From NCBI RefSeq assembly GCF_001194135.2, contig NC_068983.1, forward strand, positions 3,197,754 through 3,261,753: 64,000 bases of DNA. Direction: 5' to 3'. The position numbers and the translations under genes are program-made. The notes beneath the pieces are model-generated. The model worked only from the letters and a program-made list of their open reading frames with translations. It was not told the DNA's origin and ran no database searches. Numbering within the stretch: position 1 is the stretch's first letter; every line of letters starts with the position of its first letter. The DNA is from Octopus bimaculoides. Taxonomy: Eukaryota. Shown one piece after another: positions 1-12,364 of the stretch.

Positions 1-147
1 GTTTGTTTTTTTTTTTCAGTTACGCATTTATTTACGTTATATATTGTTTATACTTTTGTATGTGTGTGTGTGTGTGCATGTGTGTGCGTAATATAATTAC
101 CTATATATATGTAGATATATACATACATACACACACTACACACGCAC

Positions 148-186
<39 letters not shown>

Positions 187-303
187 CCACTGTATACACG
201 TATGCCTATATACACTTCTGTATACATATGATCCTTTGTACATATAATGGAAAACAAACTGACAGAAAAGTTGAAAGATCCCATTAATTTATGATTAGGG
301 ATG

Positions 304-347
<44 letters not shown>

Positions 348-604
348 ACACTCTCTCTTTCTCTCTTTCTATCTCACTCCTCTCTCACACACACGCACAC
401 ACATACAGATGGAGCGGTGAGACCCTTTAAGGAACAGCTCTATTGACCCAGATTGTGTCTCCGCTATTGTTACTCTGGTCCCTGCCGAACCCAACAGCAA
501 GTAACCAAACACCACAACACGAGATTAGATGTGTTTCTTACATTATAAACGTCGTTGGTGCCTTATTCTTATTTTTGTTGTTGCTATTGTTATTATTATT
601 ATTA

Positions 605-639
<35 letters not shown>

Positions 640-718
640 ATTATCATTATTATTAATATTATCATTATTATTATCATTATTCATTATATTATCATCATTA
701 TTCATTATATTATCATTA

Positions 719-754
<36 letters not shown>

Positions 755-760
755 TATTAA

Positions 761-970
761 GTCGGCGAACTGGCAGAAACGTTAGCGCGCCGGACGAAAT
801 GCTTAGCGGTATTTCGTCTGCCTTTACGTTCAGAGTTCAAATTCAGCCGAGGTCGTCTTTGCCTTTCATCCTTTCGGGGTCAATAAAATTAGTATCAGTT
901 AAGCACTGGGGTCGATCTAATCGACTTGCCCTTCCCCCGAACTTGCTGGCCTTGTGTCAAAATTCGAAAT
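761..970 (+). mobile_element. tRNA-derived SINE family A copy (tail type 2)
   Basis: GGCGAACTGGCAGAAACGTTAGC head, B-box-like GAGTTCAAATTC, core GAGGTCGxCTTTGCCTTTCATCCTTTCGGGGTC; homologous to about 25 other copies in the window. Confidence 0.85.
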
Positions 971-1000
971 AATTATTATTACTATTATTGTTGTTATTAA

Positions 1001-1192
1001 GCCGGCATGCTGGCTGGAGCGTTAGCACGCCGGGCAAAATGCTTAGCTGCGTTTCGTCTGCCTCAGTTCAAATTCCGGTGAGGTCAACTTCCGGGGTCGA
1101 GTCGCTAAATTAAATACCAGTCAAACAGAGATCGATGCAATTAACTTGTTCTCTACCCCAAAATTTCAAGCCTTGTACCTTTAGTACAAAGG
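1001..1192 (+). mobile_element. SINE family A copy, diverged
   Basis: CGTTAGCACGCCGGGCAAAATGCTTAGC ... CCCAAAATTTCAAGCCTTGT. Confidence 0.75.
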
Positions 1193-1197
1193 ATTAT

Positions 1198-1319
1198 TTC
1201 TTTCTTTATTGCCCACAGGAGGCTAAACAGAGAGGACAAACAAGGACAGACAAATGGTTTAAGTCGATTATATCGACCCCAGTGCGCAACTGGTACTTAT
1301 TCAATCGATCCCGAAAGGA
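1198..1319 (-). mobile_element. SINE family A 3' half (tail type 1), interrupted by the HINE at 1322
   Basis: Reverse complement of the GTCCTTGTTTGTCCTCTCTGTTTAGCCTCCTGTGGGCAATAAAGAAA tail. Confidence 0.8.
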
Positions 1320-1321
1320 TT

Positions 1322-1658
1322 ATTACCTCCGCCTTAGCGAAGGCGGAGGTATTGTTTTCAGTCGTGTTTGTTTGTCACTGGACACGATATTTCAAGAACC
1401 GCTGGATGGATTCAAATGAAACTTTCAGGAATGTTTGGCCTCATGACTGGGAGAAACTGATTAGATTTTGGGATTATTTTTCCTGTTTTTTTTTTTCTTA
1501 ATTTTTGAGAGCAGTCGTGTTCATTTTTAGTATTCTCGTTTGTGAGAGCAGACGAGTTTACTTCAGATATTCTCATTTTAAAATTCATCTCTGGCTAATC
1601 ATTGAGAGGACGTTGGTGCTGCCTTGGCGGAGGTTTGCGCTCTCTGAGTGCTCTTGTT
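1322..1658 (+). mobile_element. Non-autonomous Helentron-type element (HINE-like)
   Basis: 5' ATTACCTCCGCC with a local inverted partner GGCGGAGGT (1342-1350); 3' subterminal CCTTGGCGGAGGT (1622-1634) followed by hairpin GCGCTCTCTGAGTGC; T-rich flanks. This asymmetric subTIR plus hairpin layout is the known HINE architecture. Confidence 0.7.
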
Positions 1659-1662
1659 ATTA

Positions 1663-1762
1663 CTATCGCTTTACTTCTCAGAACGTTCGGTCTTGTTTGT
1701 TCTGGCAGATTCTGTGAGAGCAGAGAGCGACCTGCTATCAGAGGTTTCACTGGGTCTTTTTC
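1663..1762 (-). mobile_element. 3' UTR fragment of an R4/Dong-like LINE
   Basis: Homologous to 11420-11520 (ATCGCTTTAC..AACG.TCGGTCTTGTT.GTTCTGG.AGATTCT), which is attached to an RLE-LINE C-terminus. Confidence 0.6.
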
Positions 1763-2324
1763 ATTATTATTATTACTATTATTATTACTGTTGTTGGTGA
1801 TGTCGTTCTTGTTGTTGTGTGTAGGGTTATAGATGGAGGTAAATTGTATTTCATACTTATTTTCGTGTGTGTATATATGTATATATACGCTTTGTATTAT
1901 TAACTGCCATTGTGTATGTCCATGAGCATAACACACACTTAAGCATATATACATATATATGCATATATACACACATATTTATGTATGCGTGTATTTATAT
2001 ACACATTGTTATATATTTATTTTTATCTTGACATGAAAAACTAAGAGGTTCAGCCTTCTGTTCATTTATCGTTTCTTTTTTCCTTGGTGAATGCTGGGAT
2101 GAGATGAAATAGGTTGTTAAAACTAAATTCATATCAACAACAACAACAAGAGCATCAATTTGAGGCTAAATAATAAAAATAAACGAAATCCAAAAGAAAG
2201 ATGGAAGAATAACAACAATAAATATAAATAATGGAAGAATCCATTGGAGTGACGACAATAAACTGATAGATGTTGTTTTAGTGGATGTTGTTATAAAGGT
2301 GTGTATATTAAGAGGGAACAGGGC

Positions 2325-2362
<38 letters not shown>

Positions 2363-3394
2363 NNNNNNNNNNNNNNNNNNNNNNNNNNNNNNNNNNNNNN
2401 NNNNNNNNNNNNNNNNNNNNNNNNNNNNNNNNNNNNNNNNNNNNNNNNNNNNNNNNNNNNNNNNNNNNNNNNNNNNNNNNNNNNNNNNNNNNNNNNNNNN
2501 NNNNNNNNNNNNNNNNNNNNNNNNNNNNNNNNNNNNNNNNNNNNNNNNNNNNNNNNNNNNNNNNNNNNNNNNNNNNNNNNNNNNNNNNNNNNNNNNNNNN
2601 NNNNNNNNNNNNNNNNNNNNNNNNNNNNNNNNNNNNNNNNNNNNNNNNNNNNNNNNNNNNNNNNNNNNNNNNNNNNNNNNNNNNNNNNNNNNNNNNNNNN
2701 NNNNNNNNNNNNNNNNNNNNNNNNNNNNNNNNNNNNNNNNNNNNNNNNNNNNNNNNNNNNNNNNNNNNNNNNNNNNNNNNNNNNNNNNNNNNNNNNNNNN
2801 NNNNNNNNNNNNNNNNNNNNNNNNNNNNNNNNNNNNNNNNNNNNNNNNNNNNNNNNNNNNNNNNNNNNNNNNNNNNNNNNNNNNNNNNNNNNNNNNNNNN
2901 NNNNNNNNNNNNNNNNNNNNNNNNNNNNNNNNNNNNNNNNNNNNNNNNNNNNNNNNNNNNNNNNNNNNNNNNNNNNNNNNNNNNNNNNNNNNNNNNNNNN
3001 NNNNNNNNNNNNNNNNNNNNNNNNNNNNNNNNNNNNNNNNNNNNNNNNNNNNNNNNNNNNNNNNNNNNNNNNNNNNNNNNNNNNNNNNNNNNNNNNNNNN
3101 NNNNNNNNNNNNNNNNNNNNNNNNNNNNNNNNNNNNNNNNNNNNNNNNNNNNNNNNNNNNNNNNNNNNNNNNNNNNNNNNNNNNNNNNNNNNNNNNNNNN
3201 NNNNNNNNNNNNNNNNNNNNNNNNNNNNNGTATAAACTACACGGTTGATGAAAAGCACCAATAATGTCGGAGCTTTTCTAAAGTACTAACTACGGCTACA
3301 AAATATCAAATACTTCTTTCTCACTCTCTCTTTCTCACTGTCTCTTTTTCTCTCTCTCTCTCTTTAGTTTTCAATCTCTCTATCTCTCGCTCCC

Positions 3395-3440
<46 letters not shown>

Positions 3441-3559
3441 TCTCTCTACACTGCCTGAGCATTTCGAATTTCCTCACCGCTAATGACATTTCCTCATTAG
3501 AGTTTTAATTAATTAAAATTATTTTCGGCTCGCCGTCTCAACCCTCACTTATTCCTCTC

Positions 3560-3765
3560 TATCCATATAACTTAGTAAATGTGTATGTGTGTGTGCGCGC
3601 AGCAATGTCTGTATGTATGAGTCTATGTGTATGTGTGTGTGCGCGCACGTCTGTGTGTATGAGTGTACGCGCGCGCACATGTCTGTGTGCATGAGTGTGT
3701 GCGCGCGCACATATCTGTGTGTATGAGTGTGTGCGCGCGCACATGTCTGTGCGTAGGTGTGTGTT
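3560..3765. repeat. Degenerate minisatellite derived from GT/GC dinucleotides
   Basis: Repeated units like GTGTATGAGTGTGTGCGCGCGCACATGTCT. Confidence 0.7.
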
Positions 3766-3921
3766 TAAAACTATATATCTTCCAGTATATTTCTTTCCGT
3801 CGTAGACACATGACTTTCAAAGGATTTTAAATAAATAGTAACAGGGTAATTATGTACGTATGTCGGCGGAGGCGGCTCCTACACGATTTCGCCAATTTCT
3901 TTCCATAAGAACAGATGAGCA

Positions 3922-3968
<47 letters not shown>

Positions 3969-4293
3969 AACGTAGGCTTTAAAAATATATTGTATATACG
4001 ATGAACAAAAACGAAAAGGAAGATGTTTTAACGCTGAAAGGGAAGGGAAAGAGTGTCAACGCTTCGGACCTGTTGTCATTACATATTCTTCATAAACAGA
4101 CAGACGGACAGAAAATAAGCCTTCAAAGGATTATATAGTTTTATTCATTAATTGAGGTATTTGTTGTATCATCTCAATTTAACCAAGACAAAATATATGA
4201 ACAAAAATAAACATTTATCCTAGCTAAAATTTCGAAGTTAATCTATTTTAGTCAAACACGCTACATAAGTGCATTAAAAAGAATCATCAAATA

Positions 4294-4393
4294 CAGGGGA
4301 ATCTCGGTTCGTTACTCGAGACACCATTCATCACCCGAGACGTTTTATGTTTAAAAATATTGTTCGTAAACCAATTTATTTGAGATCCCACTG
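4294..4393. mobile_element. Small Tc1/pogo(Tigger)-type MITE
   Basis: TA|CAGGGGAATCTC ... GAGATCCCACTG|TA: 10/12 matching terminal inverted repeat with TA on both sides. Confidence 0.5.
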
Positions 4394-5094
4394 TATTGTA
4401 TTTAATCTTTTAAAAATTTGGAACAATTCCATCGTTTGAGGCCCCGAAAATATAGTTTTTCTACTCAAGGGTCCTCTTAGTTAAGTTTATAAAGTAGCAA
4501 ATCCACAGCAATCCTTGCCAACAGTATTTGAAATCTTTGTAAACGACAAAACTGTTTTTTTTTTCTCTTCCTTATTAAAACTTCTATATCGTTGACAAAG
4601 AGTTGCGGGAAGTAATTATCTGACTATTTGTTGGTGATACATAATAGTTTTCGGTTTGGAATAATGAAGTGACAAAGAGAGAAGCCATTACACAATGCCT
4701 GCATAATTATTGACCTATATAGATACTAAATAAACTAATTAGTGTAACCTAGATCTTACAATAATAACTAACAACAACAATAAGATACAATGGAAGCGTC
4801 CAGACGACATCTCTCGCGCCCACACACACAGGCGTTCAGTTTGTACGCAGAGGGTCCAGCGGTTGGATGTGTGTATGCGTGTGTACATATATGAGTACGT
4901 GTGTGGGGGGAGAAGGAAGGAAGGAAGGAAGGAAGGAAGGAAGGAAGGAAGGAAGGAAGGAAGGAAGGAAACCATACCAAACCAAAGTGCTTAATCATAA
5001 ACACTAAAGAGACTGCGTAGCTAAATGTACGGTCTTCATTATTGAACACAGGAACACATTAAACCTTTATTTCAATATCAATTGTCGTTGTAAG

Positions 5095-5272
5095 GCGGGG
5101 GGAGCTGGCAGAATCGTTAGCACGCCGGGCGAAATGTTTAGTGGAATTAGCGCCGAGGTCGACTTTGCTTTTCATCCTTTCGGGGTCAATAAATTAAGTA
5201 CCAGTTACGTACTGGGGTGGATCTAATCGACTGACCCCCTCTCCCAAAATTTCGGGCCTAGAATAGAAAAGA
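5095..5272 (+). mobile_element. SINE family A copy
   Basis: GGGGAGCTGGCAGAATCGTTAGCACGCCGGGCGAAATG head and type 2 tail. Confidence 0.85.
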
Positions 5273-5299
5273 ATATCAATTGTCGTTGTTGTTGCTATT

Positions 5300-5480
5300 G
5301 TTTAGTCCCAGGTCAGTTCTGACCCAGTGGAAGCATAATAAAAGGCGTTCCAACCATGACCATACCACTTTGTCTTATGTAGAGTATATCTTCCCCAACG
5401 TTATCCAATGAGCTCTTCGATTTTTAAAATTGTATCTGGGATAGATTTTGCTGCTATTTCTAGCAGGTCGAACCACCATC
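5300..5480 (+). repeat. Old dispersed repeat family E (class unknown)
   Basis: Motifs CAACCATGACCAT and GCTGCTATTTCTAGCA recur at about 26460-26600, 54180-54300 and (reverse) about 51625-51655. Confidence 0.45.
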
Positions 5481-5611
5481 CATAGCTGAAATTACTAAAT
5501 TTTATCTCGTGGGCCTTGAAGTGTCACGAAGACGAAATCATTTACTTTTGAAATGTAAAATAATCATAAATATGTTATACAGTAAAGCATAAGGGCCACA
5601 ACATCACATTT

Positions 5612-5812
5612 TGGCACAAGGCTAGCAAGTTCGGGAGAGGGGAAAGTCTTTAGCTTCGACCCCAGTTTTCAGCTGGTATCTATTTGATCGATCCCGAACG
5701 GATGAAAATCAAAGTCGGCCTCAGCGGAATTTGAACTCTGAACGAACAGATCGACGAAATGCCGCTAAGTATTTTGTCCGGCATTCTAACGATTCTGCCA
5801 GCTCGCCACCTT
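5612..5812 (-). mobile_element. SINE family A copy
   Basis: Reverse-complement match to head, B-box and type 2 tail. Confidence 0.8.
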
Positions 5813-5911
5813 ATAACACCCCGCCATTTATCTCAGACACAAACCGAAATACATTTCTCCAAGAAGATGAACAAACTTCGAGTGTTTAATTATTTTGGAA
5901 TTGTTCTTATC

Positions 5912-6012
5912 TCTTGTTTTACTTGTTTCAGTTATTTGCCTGCGGCAATGCTGGGGCACCACCTTCTATGTTTAAGTGGTACTTATTCTATCGGTGCTTT
6001 TTGCTGAACAGT
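5912..6012 (-). mobile_element. SINE family B 3' fragment
   Basis: Reverse complement of the GGTGCCCCAGCATTGCCGCAGGCAAATAACTGAAACAAGTAAAAC tail and CGATAGAATAAGTAC. Confidence 0.65.
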
Positions 6013-6419
6013 TAATTTACAAAAGTAGAAAACTAACACCAGTTGTCAAGTGAGGGGGCTTCCACACAGTTTTCGTCTGTCAAATTCATAGCAAGGCGTT
6101 GGGACAGAAGACATTTTCCAAACGTGCAGCGCCAAGTAACTGAATTCGAAAGCCGTTGTGCCATACTTGAAGTGATTTCAATATTTATTAAGGTACCAGA
6201 GAGGATTCTTGAATTGTCAAAAATGGGTTGGCAGTGGTAAAAGATTGCCTTTTGATGGCTGGAACGTTATATTGTAAAATGGAAAGACATTATTGATAAA
6301 ATATATATATATATCAAAACTCAGTGGATTGTACTAAGAATGGTTTTGCAACGAACTTACAGACTAAAAAAGGGAAGAAGAAGAAGAAGAAGAAATAAAT
6401 GTATAAAATCAATTTAGTT

Positions 6420-7150
6420 GAATGTTTGATTTTGCTGCTAATCCACAAAAGCAGCTGCTTGGTCCAGTATAAACGAAACTCAATAGACTTGTAAAATACC
6501 GACGGATATTGTCCTGGAATACTACTTCAACGTTTAATGATCCGACAGTTGCTTTCCCTTTTTCTCTGTTACCATAAATCTTAAATCTCCCATCATAAAA
6601 GAGATTCCTCGGTCTATCGTGATACGTCGACATGGTTTCTCTAGAAACGACCGCATCTGTAGTTTTTGCTTGTTGGACACGTCTACAGCAGACTTGTATT
6701 ACTGCAGCATTTATCTGGTTTTATTAAAATATCGTGTGGCACTTCCATAGCCATCTTTGAGACAATGGAACAAATAGGATAAGTTTCGGACACCTTGCAG
6801 ATCATTCTTCATGTTCTTGCAGCTGGGTTCACAGTTTCATATCCTACTGAAGTTGTTTGGTATATTTTGAGTATCGATTACTACGATCACTTCAAGTTGT
6901 CTGATGATCTTTAGGTCATTCATGTGGAACATCCTCTGTAGTCGATGTGGTTGGTTTGTGGATTCCAGGATTTCAGTAGGAATCTTCTGGCGTGTAAGCA
7001 GGGTCCAAAACTTCCGTCCTGAAATTTAAGATGTTCCCTGAGTCGATAGAGTTCTTTAATTTTCTCACCCGCTCAGCTATGCAGTTTGCAACGCTTGCTC
7101 CCGTTGATGTAGGGGCCTGGTTTTTCTAGGATCTTCCATGAAATTACGCA
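6420..7150 (-). mobile_element. Penelope-like element remnant: C-terminus of the GIY-YIG endonuclease plus 3' region
   Basis: Minus strand 7145-6970 reads ISWKILEKPGPYINGSKRCKL...PCLHARRFLLK, matching the Penelope C-terminal pattern W-x-I-L...Y-x-N-G-S-K-R-C-x-L-C...C-x-H-x-x-K-F-L-L; contains stops. Confidence 0.65.
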
Positions 7151-7687
7151 TGGAGTCTATTCGTCCTTCAGATGCTACATGTGGCTGGTCAATGACGTGG
7201 CGTATCGTCTCTCCGGGATCCTGAACGAGGACCTGTGATTATAGAGGCGCTGCTTGAATGTGTTTCCCGAACATCCGATGTATCTTCGTATATTGCTGCT
7301 AGCGATGCTGCTTCTGCTGATGTTGATGACGCTGCTACTTCCACTATTGTTGCTACTGATGTTGTTGGCGTTGGTGCTGTGGTGCTAGCGTCGTTACTGC
7401 TAGCGTAGGAGACATCATCGGTGACGATGTTGGTACTGGCGCTGTTGGTGCTGCTATAGCTGTCGTCGTTGGTGTTGGAGCTATTATCAGCGCTATATTG
7501 CTGATCGACATGTATGTGTGTGTATATATGTATGCATTCATGTATTCCCATCCCAAATGGAGACGAGCATCAATATTTCGATGTGGCAAGCTTTGGACAA
7601 TACCGTTTGTTGCCTTGTTAACTTATAATTAAAGAATATTTATCCACGAGTGCAATGTTGAACAGTCATTCTCACTGCTCGATATTA

Positions 7688-7732
<45 letters not shown>

Positions 7733-7850
7733 ATTATTATAAAATCTGGTAATTAGTCATATATTAATTAATATCGATTAATTATCAGGAGGCCAGCACA
7801 TCTAAAGAATCAAAGAGATTCAGAAATATTATCTGCAATCTCAGAGGATT

Positions 7851-8337
7851 AAGGTACATTTTAAAAAATAACGTCGACCACTAACGTGGACAATTAATGC
7901 GCTATTTTACCCATTACCCATGTTCTCATACTGAATATATACGACGCAGTAAATATTTTCTGCAGATATATTCCTGGAATTAGCGCGCCAAAACGAAGAC
8001 TTTTGAATTTTACCATTAAGCTGTAATTAGCAGAACCATATGCACGCGCACCCATGGCGGTGGGCAACTCTGTATACGATTCTGATGATTACGGTTACAT
8101 TACAAATCAGGCTGATGAGGAATAGACAAATGGTAAGAATTTGTTAAATCCGAAACCGGTTCCTGTTTAATAATGCTTTTTTAGGTGATTTTAAATGTCT
8201 TGCCCGCTCACGTTTTTGGTATGCTGCTATATTTCATGTTGAGAACAATTTAGGTCTTAATAGACACAAGATGTGATCTATTTCTAGCGCATTAATTGTC
8301 CACGTTAGTGGTCGACGTTATTTTTAAAATGTACCTT
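7851..8337. mobile_element. MITE-like element with 54-bp terminal inverted repeats
   Basis: AAGGTACATTTTAAAAAATAACGTCGACCACTAACGTGGACAATTAATGCGCTA (7851-7904) is inverted at 8285-8337 (one A fewer); flanks TTAA/TTAT or TA, so Kolobok-like or Tc1-like, unresolved. Confidence 0.85.
8108..8165 (+). ncRNA. Candidate type I hammerhead ribozyme
   Basis: CAGG-CTGATGA-GGA(atag ACAAAT ggtaaga ATTTGT taaa)TCC-GAAAC-CG-GTT^CCTG: complete core, 4-bp helix I, helix II, palindromic helix III AACCGGTT. Confidence 0.6.
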
Positions 8338-9537
8338 ATAAAGAGAGAGAGCATGTGATGTGTATATATTCTATATATGTATGTATAGATGTAGAGGGTA
8401 TGTGTTTGAATATATAATTAAAAGTGGTTTTGTGGCAAGAATAAATTAAATTTGGTCAAAATTAACAAGAAATTATATGAATACAACGGAAGAAATGATT
8501 AAGTTAAATCGATTCAAATTCGTCAACAAATTGTTTCCTTTTTATCAATCCCGGCATAAAATGTTTATAATTAAATAATTGGCTTAATTATACAGTTGTT
8601 GAAGTTGAAGACCAGAGCTAAGTTTTGAATAGATTCCGGGAAATGTTGAGCGAAAGAAGACGTTACATGTGGAAATAATTATGAGCAAACAGATGTCTGA
8701 TTAAATAATGTTGTTTCACTGTTATTTTATTTGTGTTGGAAGGGTGTATGGAATAGTTGTGGGGAAGAAGGAAGAGAGGGTTTGTGGAAGAAAACGGCGA
8801 AGACCACACAACAAGAGTGGTCAGTAAAATGGCGGCGTTGCAATCAACAACAATGGCGTGTAATAACAGCAGATGGTGGGGAGGAATACAGACATCACTA
8901 CAACATTGGTAGTAACAGAGGTTTAGAGGAGGAGGGGAGTGGAGAAGGATGTGCGGAGGAGAAGGCGGGGGAGGAGGACGTAGAAGAGGAAGAAGAATAA
9001 ATATGAGGGTGAGAAGCAGGATAACGACGACGACGACGAGAAGAAGAACGGTCGTCTGTTACACATTAAAGTAGACGAGATTAAATTTTCGCCGTTTAAA
9101 GAAACAAACACACACCCTCGACTTAAACAAGCAACTTTATTTTTCACTTGTTCTGGGGCCCACAAAATAAATAATGGTTAATTTAAGCAAGTCGATCCAT
9201 CTAACAAGAAGTGGAGGTTATGTCAAATGAAAAGGAAATTGTTATTTATAAAGAGACATAAGCGGTCGTAAGACATGAAGGCGGACAGCTTTATAAGATA
9301 TACAGTCTACCAAATAGAAGCAGTAACAGGGCAGGATGTGAAGAAATGGCGCTAAGATGACCAAATAATGTTTGCTTTTAGAAAGTAAAGAATTTGTCGT
9401 AATTTCCTGATGTGAAACGAGGGAAATGTTTAGATACAGAAATTTGGTTGATTGACCGAACGATCAATCAAGCATTCGATTAGCTAATTGATTAAGTAGT
9501 TAACTAGTTGACTAGTAGTAGTGGTCCTTTCTGTTAT

Positions 9538-9762
9538 AGGCACACGGGCCTGAAATTTTAGGGCAAGTTGGAGAGTCTGAAATTCCAGGGGAAGCGGAGG
9601 TGGTTGATTACATCGATCCAGTGATCGACTAGTGTTTATAAGGTCTCAAAAAGATGAAAGGAAAGCCGACCTCGACAGAATTTGAACTCAGAACGTAATG
9701 AACCGAAAGAGATACCGCTAAGCATTTAATCCGGTGTGCTAACGATTCTGTCAGCTCGGTGC
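9538..9762 (-). mobile_element. SINE family A copy, diverged
   Basis: Reverse-complement match to head, B-box and type 2 tail. Confidence 0.75.
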
Positions 9763-9770
9763 CTTAATAA

Positions 9771-10068
9771 TTTCTCTTTATTGCCCACAGGGGGCTAAAC
9801 ATAGCGGGGACAAACAAGGACAGACAAAGGGATTAAATCGATTACATCGACTCAGTGTGTAACTGGTACTTATTTAATCGACCCCGAAAGGATGAAAGGC
9901 AAAGTCAACCTCGGTGGAATTTGAACTCAGAACGTAACGGCAGACGAAATACCGCTAAACATTTCGCCCGGTGTGCTACCGCTTCTGCCAGCTAATCTTT
10001 TCTACCCTAGGCACAAGGGCTGAAATTTTGGGGGAGGGGACCAGTCGATTAGATCGATCCCAGTACGC
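9771..10068 (-). mobile_element. SINE family A, near full-length tail-1 copy (9771-9993) abutting a tail-2 3' fragment (9995-10068)
   Basis: Reverse-complement match to 28075-28293 and 31336-31568. Confidence 0.85.
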
Positions 10069-11419
10069 AATAATAATAATAATAATAATAATAACAATAA
10101 TAATAATAATAATAATGACAAAAGAAGTGAAATAGAACTAGGTGTGTGTTATTATCGGTGTAATGATCTTCCCAGCTCACAATAAAATCTATTTCGAAAA
10201 CACTTTACACCAAGAACCTTGCCAAAAGAAAACTTTAAAAAAAGCGAAATATAATACAGAGCCTATAGAATACGTGTTAAACATGAACAAAGAACATTAT
10301 ATATATATATACATACATACATACATACACATATATATATACTTGGAATTGTGCTGCAGCCAAAACAAAGCGGATTAATGTTGTATGTGTGAAGTGAGAG
10401 ACACTTCCTGAACCCTCAACACCATTGTAAGATCACTACTATCGCAGGTAATAGCCACCGCCGCCGCCACCACCACCACCACCACCACCATCGGTTAACA
10501 CGACAACGTTCGTCGCTCGCCCAGCGATCATCAAGTCCCTATGAACAACATAAATAGTTGTAGCAAAAACTGACACTAATATCACCAACATCATCGATTA
10601 CTATCATCACCAATACCACCGCCATTAGCAACACTAACGACCTCTGTAGGCGACCACCAACACTAGGAACAACATTGCTATTACCAACGTTGTCGCCATC
10701 TCATCATCTTCACTATAAACATGGCTGATATTATCAACGCCGCCGCACTCATGAGGAGCATCATTCGTCCGAACTTAGATATTTTTAAGGTTTGTTTGTT
10801 GACAGCAAACACTAATTATGTTTCTGTTAGCTTGATTAGACCAGATGTTATAGAAGAGCTGTGCTGACAGGAAAGATGGGGCTCCCAACATTGGCTGACA
10901 ATGTCTTTGAAATGGGTGAGAACAGAAAATATAATAAAATAAATAACTAAATGTAGAAAAGCTAGAACAGCATAAGATCAACAGAGAAAGTATGTAAGAA
11001 CAGTTGTCCAAAGTTTGACAGCCAACATCTGTGGTCAAAATGAGAGGAATTTGGTTTGATATAAGAACAGAGAAATAGACGTAACATTTGTATAAATATT
11101 TGTTTTGATTAGGACGGTGACGAGGGAGCTGAACACAGATGGCTAGATGGAGACGGTTGACTAGAATTTTGAAGAGACATCAGATCTATCCTTGTCAATC
11201 TCGTGTATTTCTGAGTTCAAATGCTGCTGTGGATAACTTTCGCTTCGGCCTTTCGTTGATAATAAAAATATTTACCAGTTATATACAGGGGGCTTTTTGT
11301 CAATTAACTTCACTCTGACCCTTTCAGAAAAATAGATTTATAACTAAATCAATATTTATTTAAATTATTATTGACTTTATTGATATTATTATTATTATTA
11401 TTATTATTGTTATTATTAT

Positions 11420-11685
11420 TATCGCTTTACCTCTAAAAACGCTCGGTCTTGTTAGTTCTGGTAGATTCTCTGAGAACGGACAGCAGCCTGCCGTCAGAGG
11501 TCTCACAGGGTCTCTTTCCGCACATTATATGCTTTGATAATTGGTTGTTAATTATCATGGGAGACATTCAACACCCAAGTACCAATCTCCAAAATCCTAG
11601 CTGTCCCCAGCAGAGCAGCTTCTTGGGGCTTGCTCTGCTCTCATGCTATTTCCCATTTCTCTGAGATATTTCTAGAATTTGCCTG
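11420..11685 (-). mobile_element. R4/Dong-like (RLE) LINE 3' end
   Basis: Minus strand reads ...EAALLGTARILEI (ORF C-terminal motif), followed by a 3' UTR that runs into (AAT)n. Confidence 0.65.
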
Positions 11686-11918
11686 CTAGTGCTTCGAGTA
11701 CCCCTACTGCAATGACAGACACACTCCACATAGTCCACATTCTTGCAGTTTCGTCTTTTAGTAGTCTGTACCTTTCAATCTTTTCTAGTTCTTTCCACTT
11801 ACTATTATCATCATCATCATCATCATTATTCATATACGTACAAAAGATTAGACGGCTGAAGAAGAATAATTCCTAACATCAGGCTTAAATAACCTTAGAT
11901 AACCTTAAAATTATATTA

Positions 11919-12105
11919 AGGCGGCGAACTGGCAGAATCGTTAGCACGCCGGACAAAATGCTTAGCGACATTTCGTCCGTCTTTACGTTATGAGTTCAAA
12001 TTCCGCCGAGGTTGACTTTGCCTTTCATCCTTTCGAGTTGAGGACTGGGGTCGATGTAGTCGACTTACCCTCTCGCCCCAAATTTCAGTCCTTGTGCTTA
12101 TAGTA
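11919..12105 (+). mobile_element. SINE family A copy
   Basis: GGCGGCGAACTGGCAGAATCGTTAGCACGCCGG head and type 2 tail. Confidence 0.85.
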
Positions 12106-12144
12106 AAAATGATTATTATTATTATTATTATTATTATCATTAAG

Positions 12145-12315
12145 ACGGCGAGCAAACAGAAACGTTAGTCTGACACAAAGCTCAGCGGTTTTATGTCTCT
12201 CTTTACGTTCGGAGTTCAAATTCGGCAGAGGTCGATTTTGCCTTTTATCTTTTTGAGATCGATAAAATAAATATCTCCTCTCCAAAATTGATGGCCACGT
12301 TCCAAAATTTGAAAC
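12145..12315 (+). mobile_element. SINE family A copy, diverged
   Basis: GACGGCGAGCAAACAGAAACGTTAG...GGAGTTCAAATTCGGCAGAGGTCGA. Confidence 0.7.

Positions 12316-12363
<48 letters not shown>

Positions 12364-12364
<1 letters not shown>

Noticed and set aside
2281-3264. Long ORFs spanning N runs (also 20834-21286, 24314-24841, 27013-27766, 45766-46503, 49730-50697)
   Set aside because: Open only because N codons are not stops; these are assembly gaps next to microsatellites.
7189-7551. 120-aa Ser/Thr/Ala-rich mucin-like ORF on the minus strand
   Set aside because: Built from degenerate GCT/GTT/GAT trinucleotide repeats and starts in a TA/TG microsatellite; no splice or homology support.
8731-9000. 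89-aa Glu/Gly-rich ORF
   Set aside because: Low-complexity purine-rich repeat sequence; no domain or splice support.
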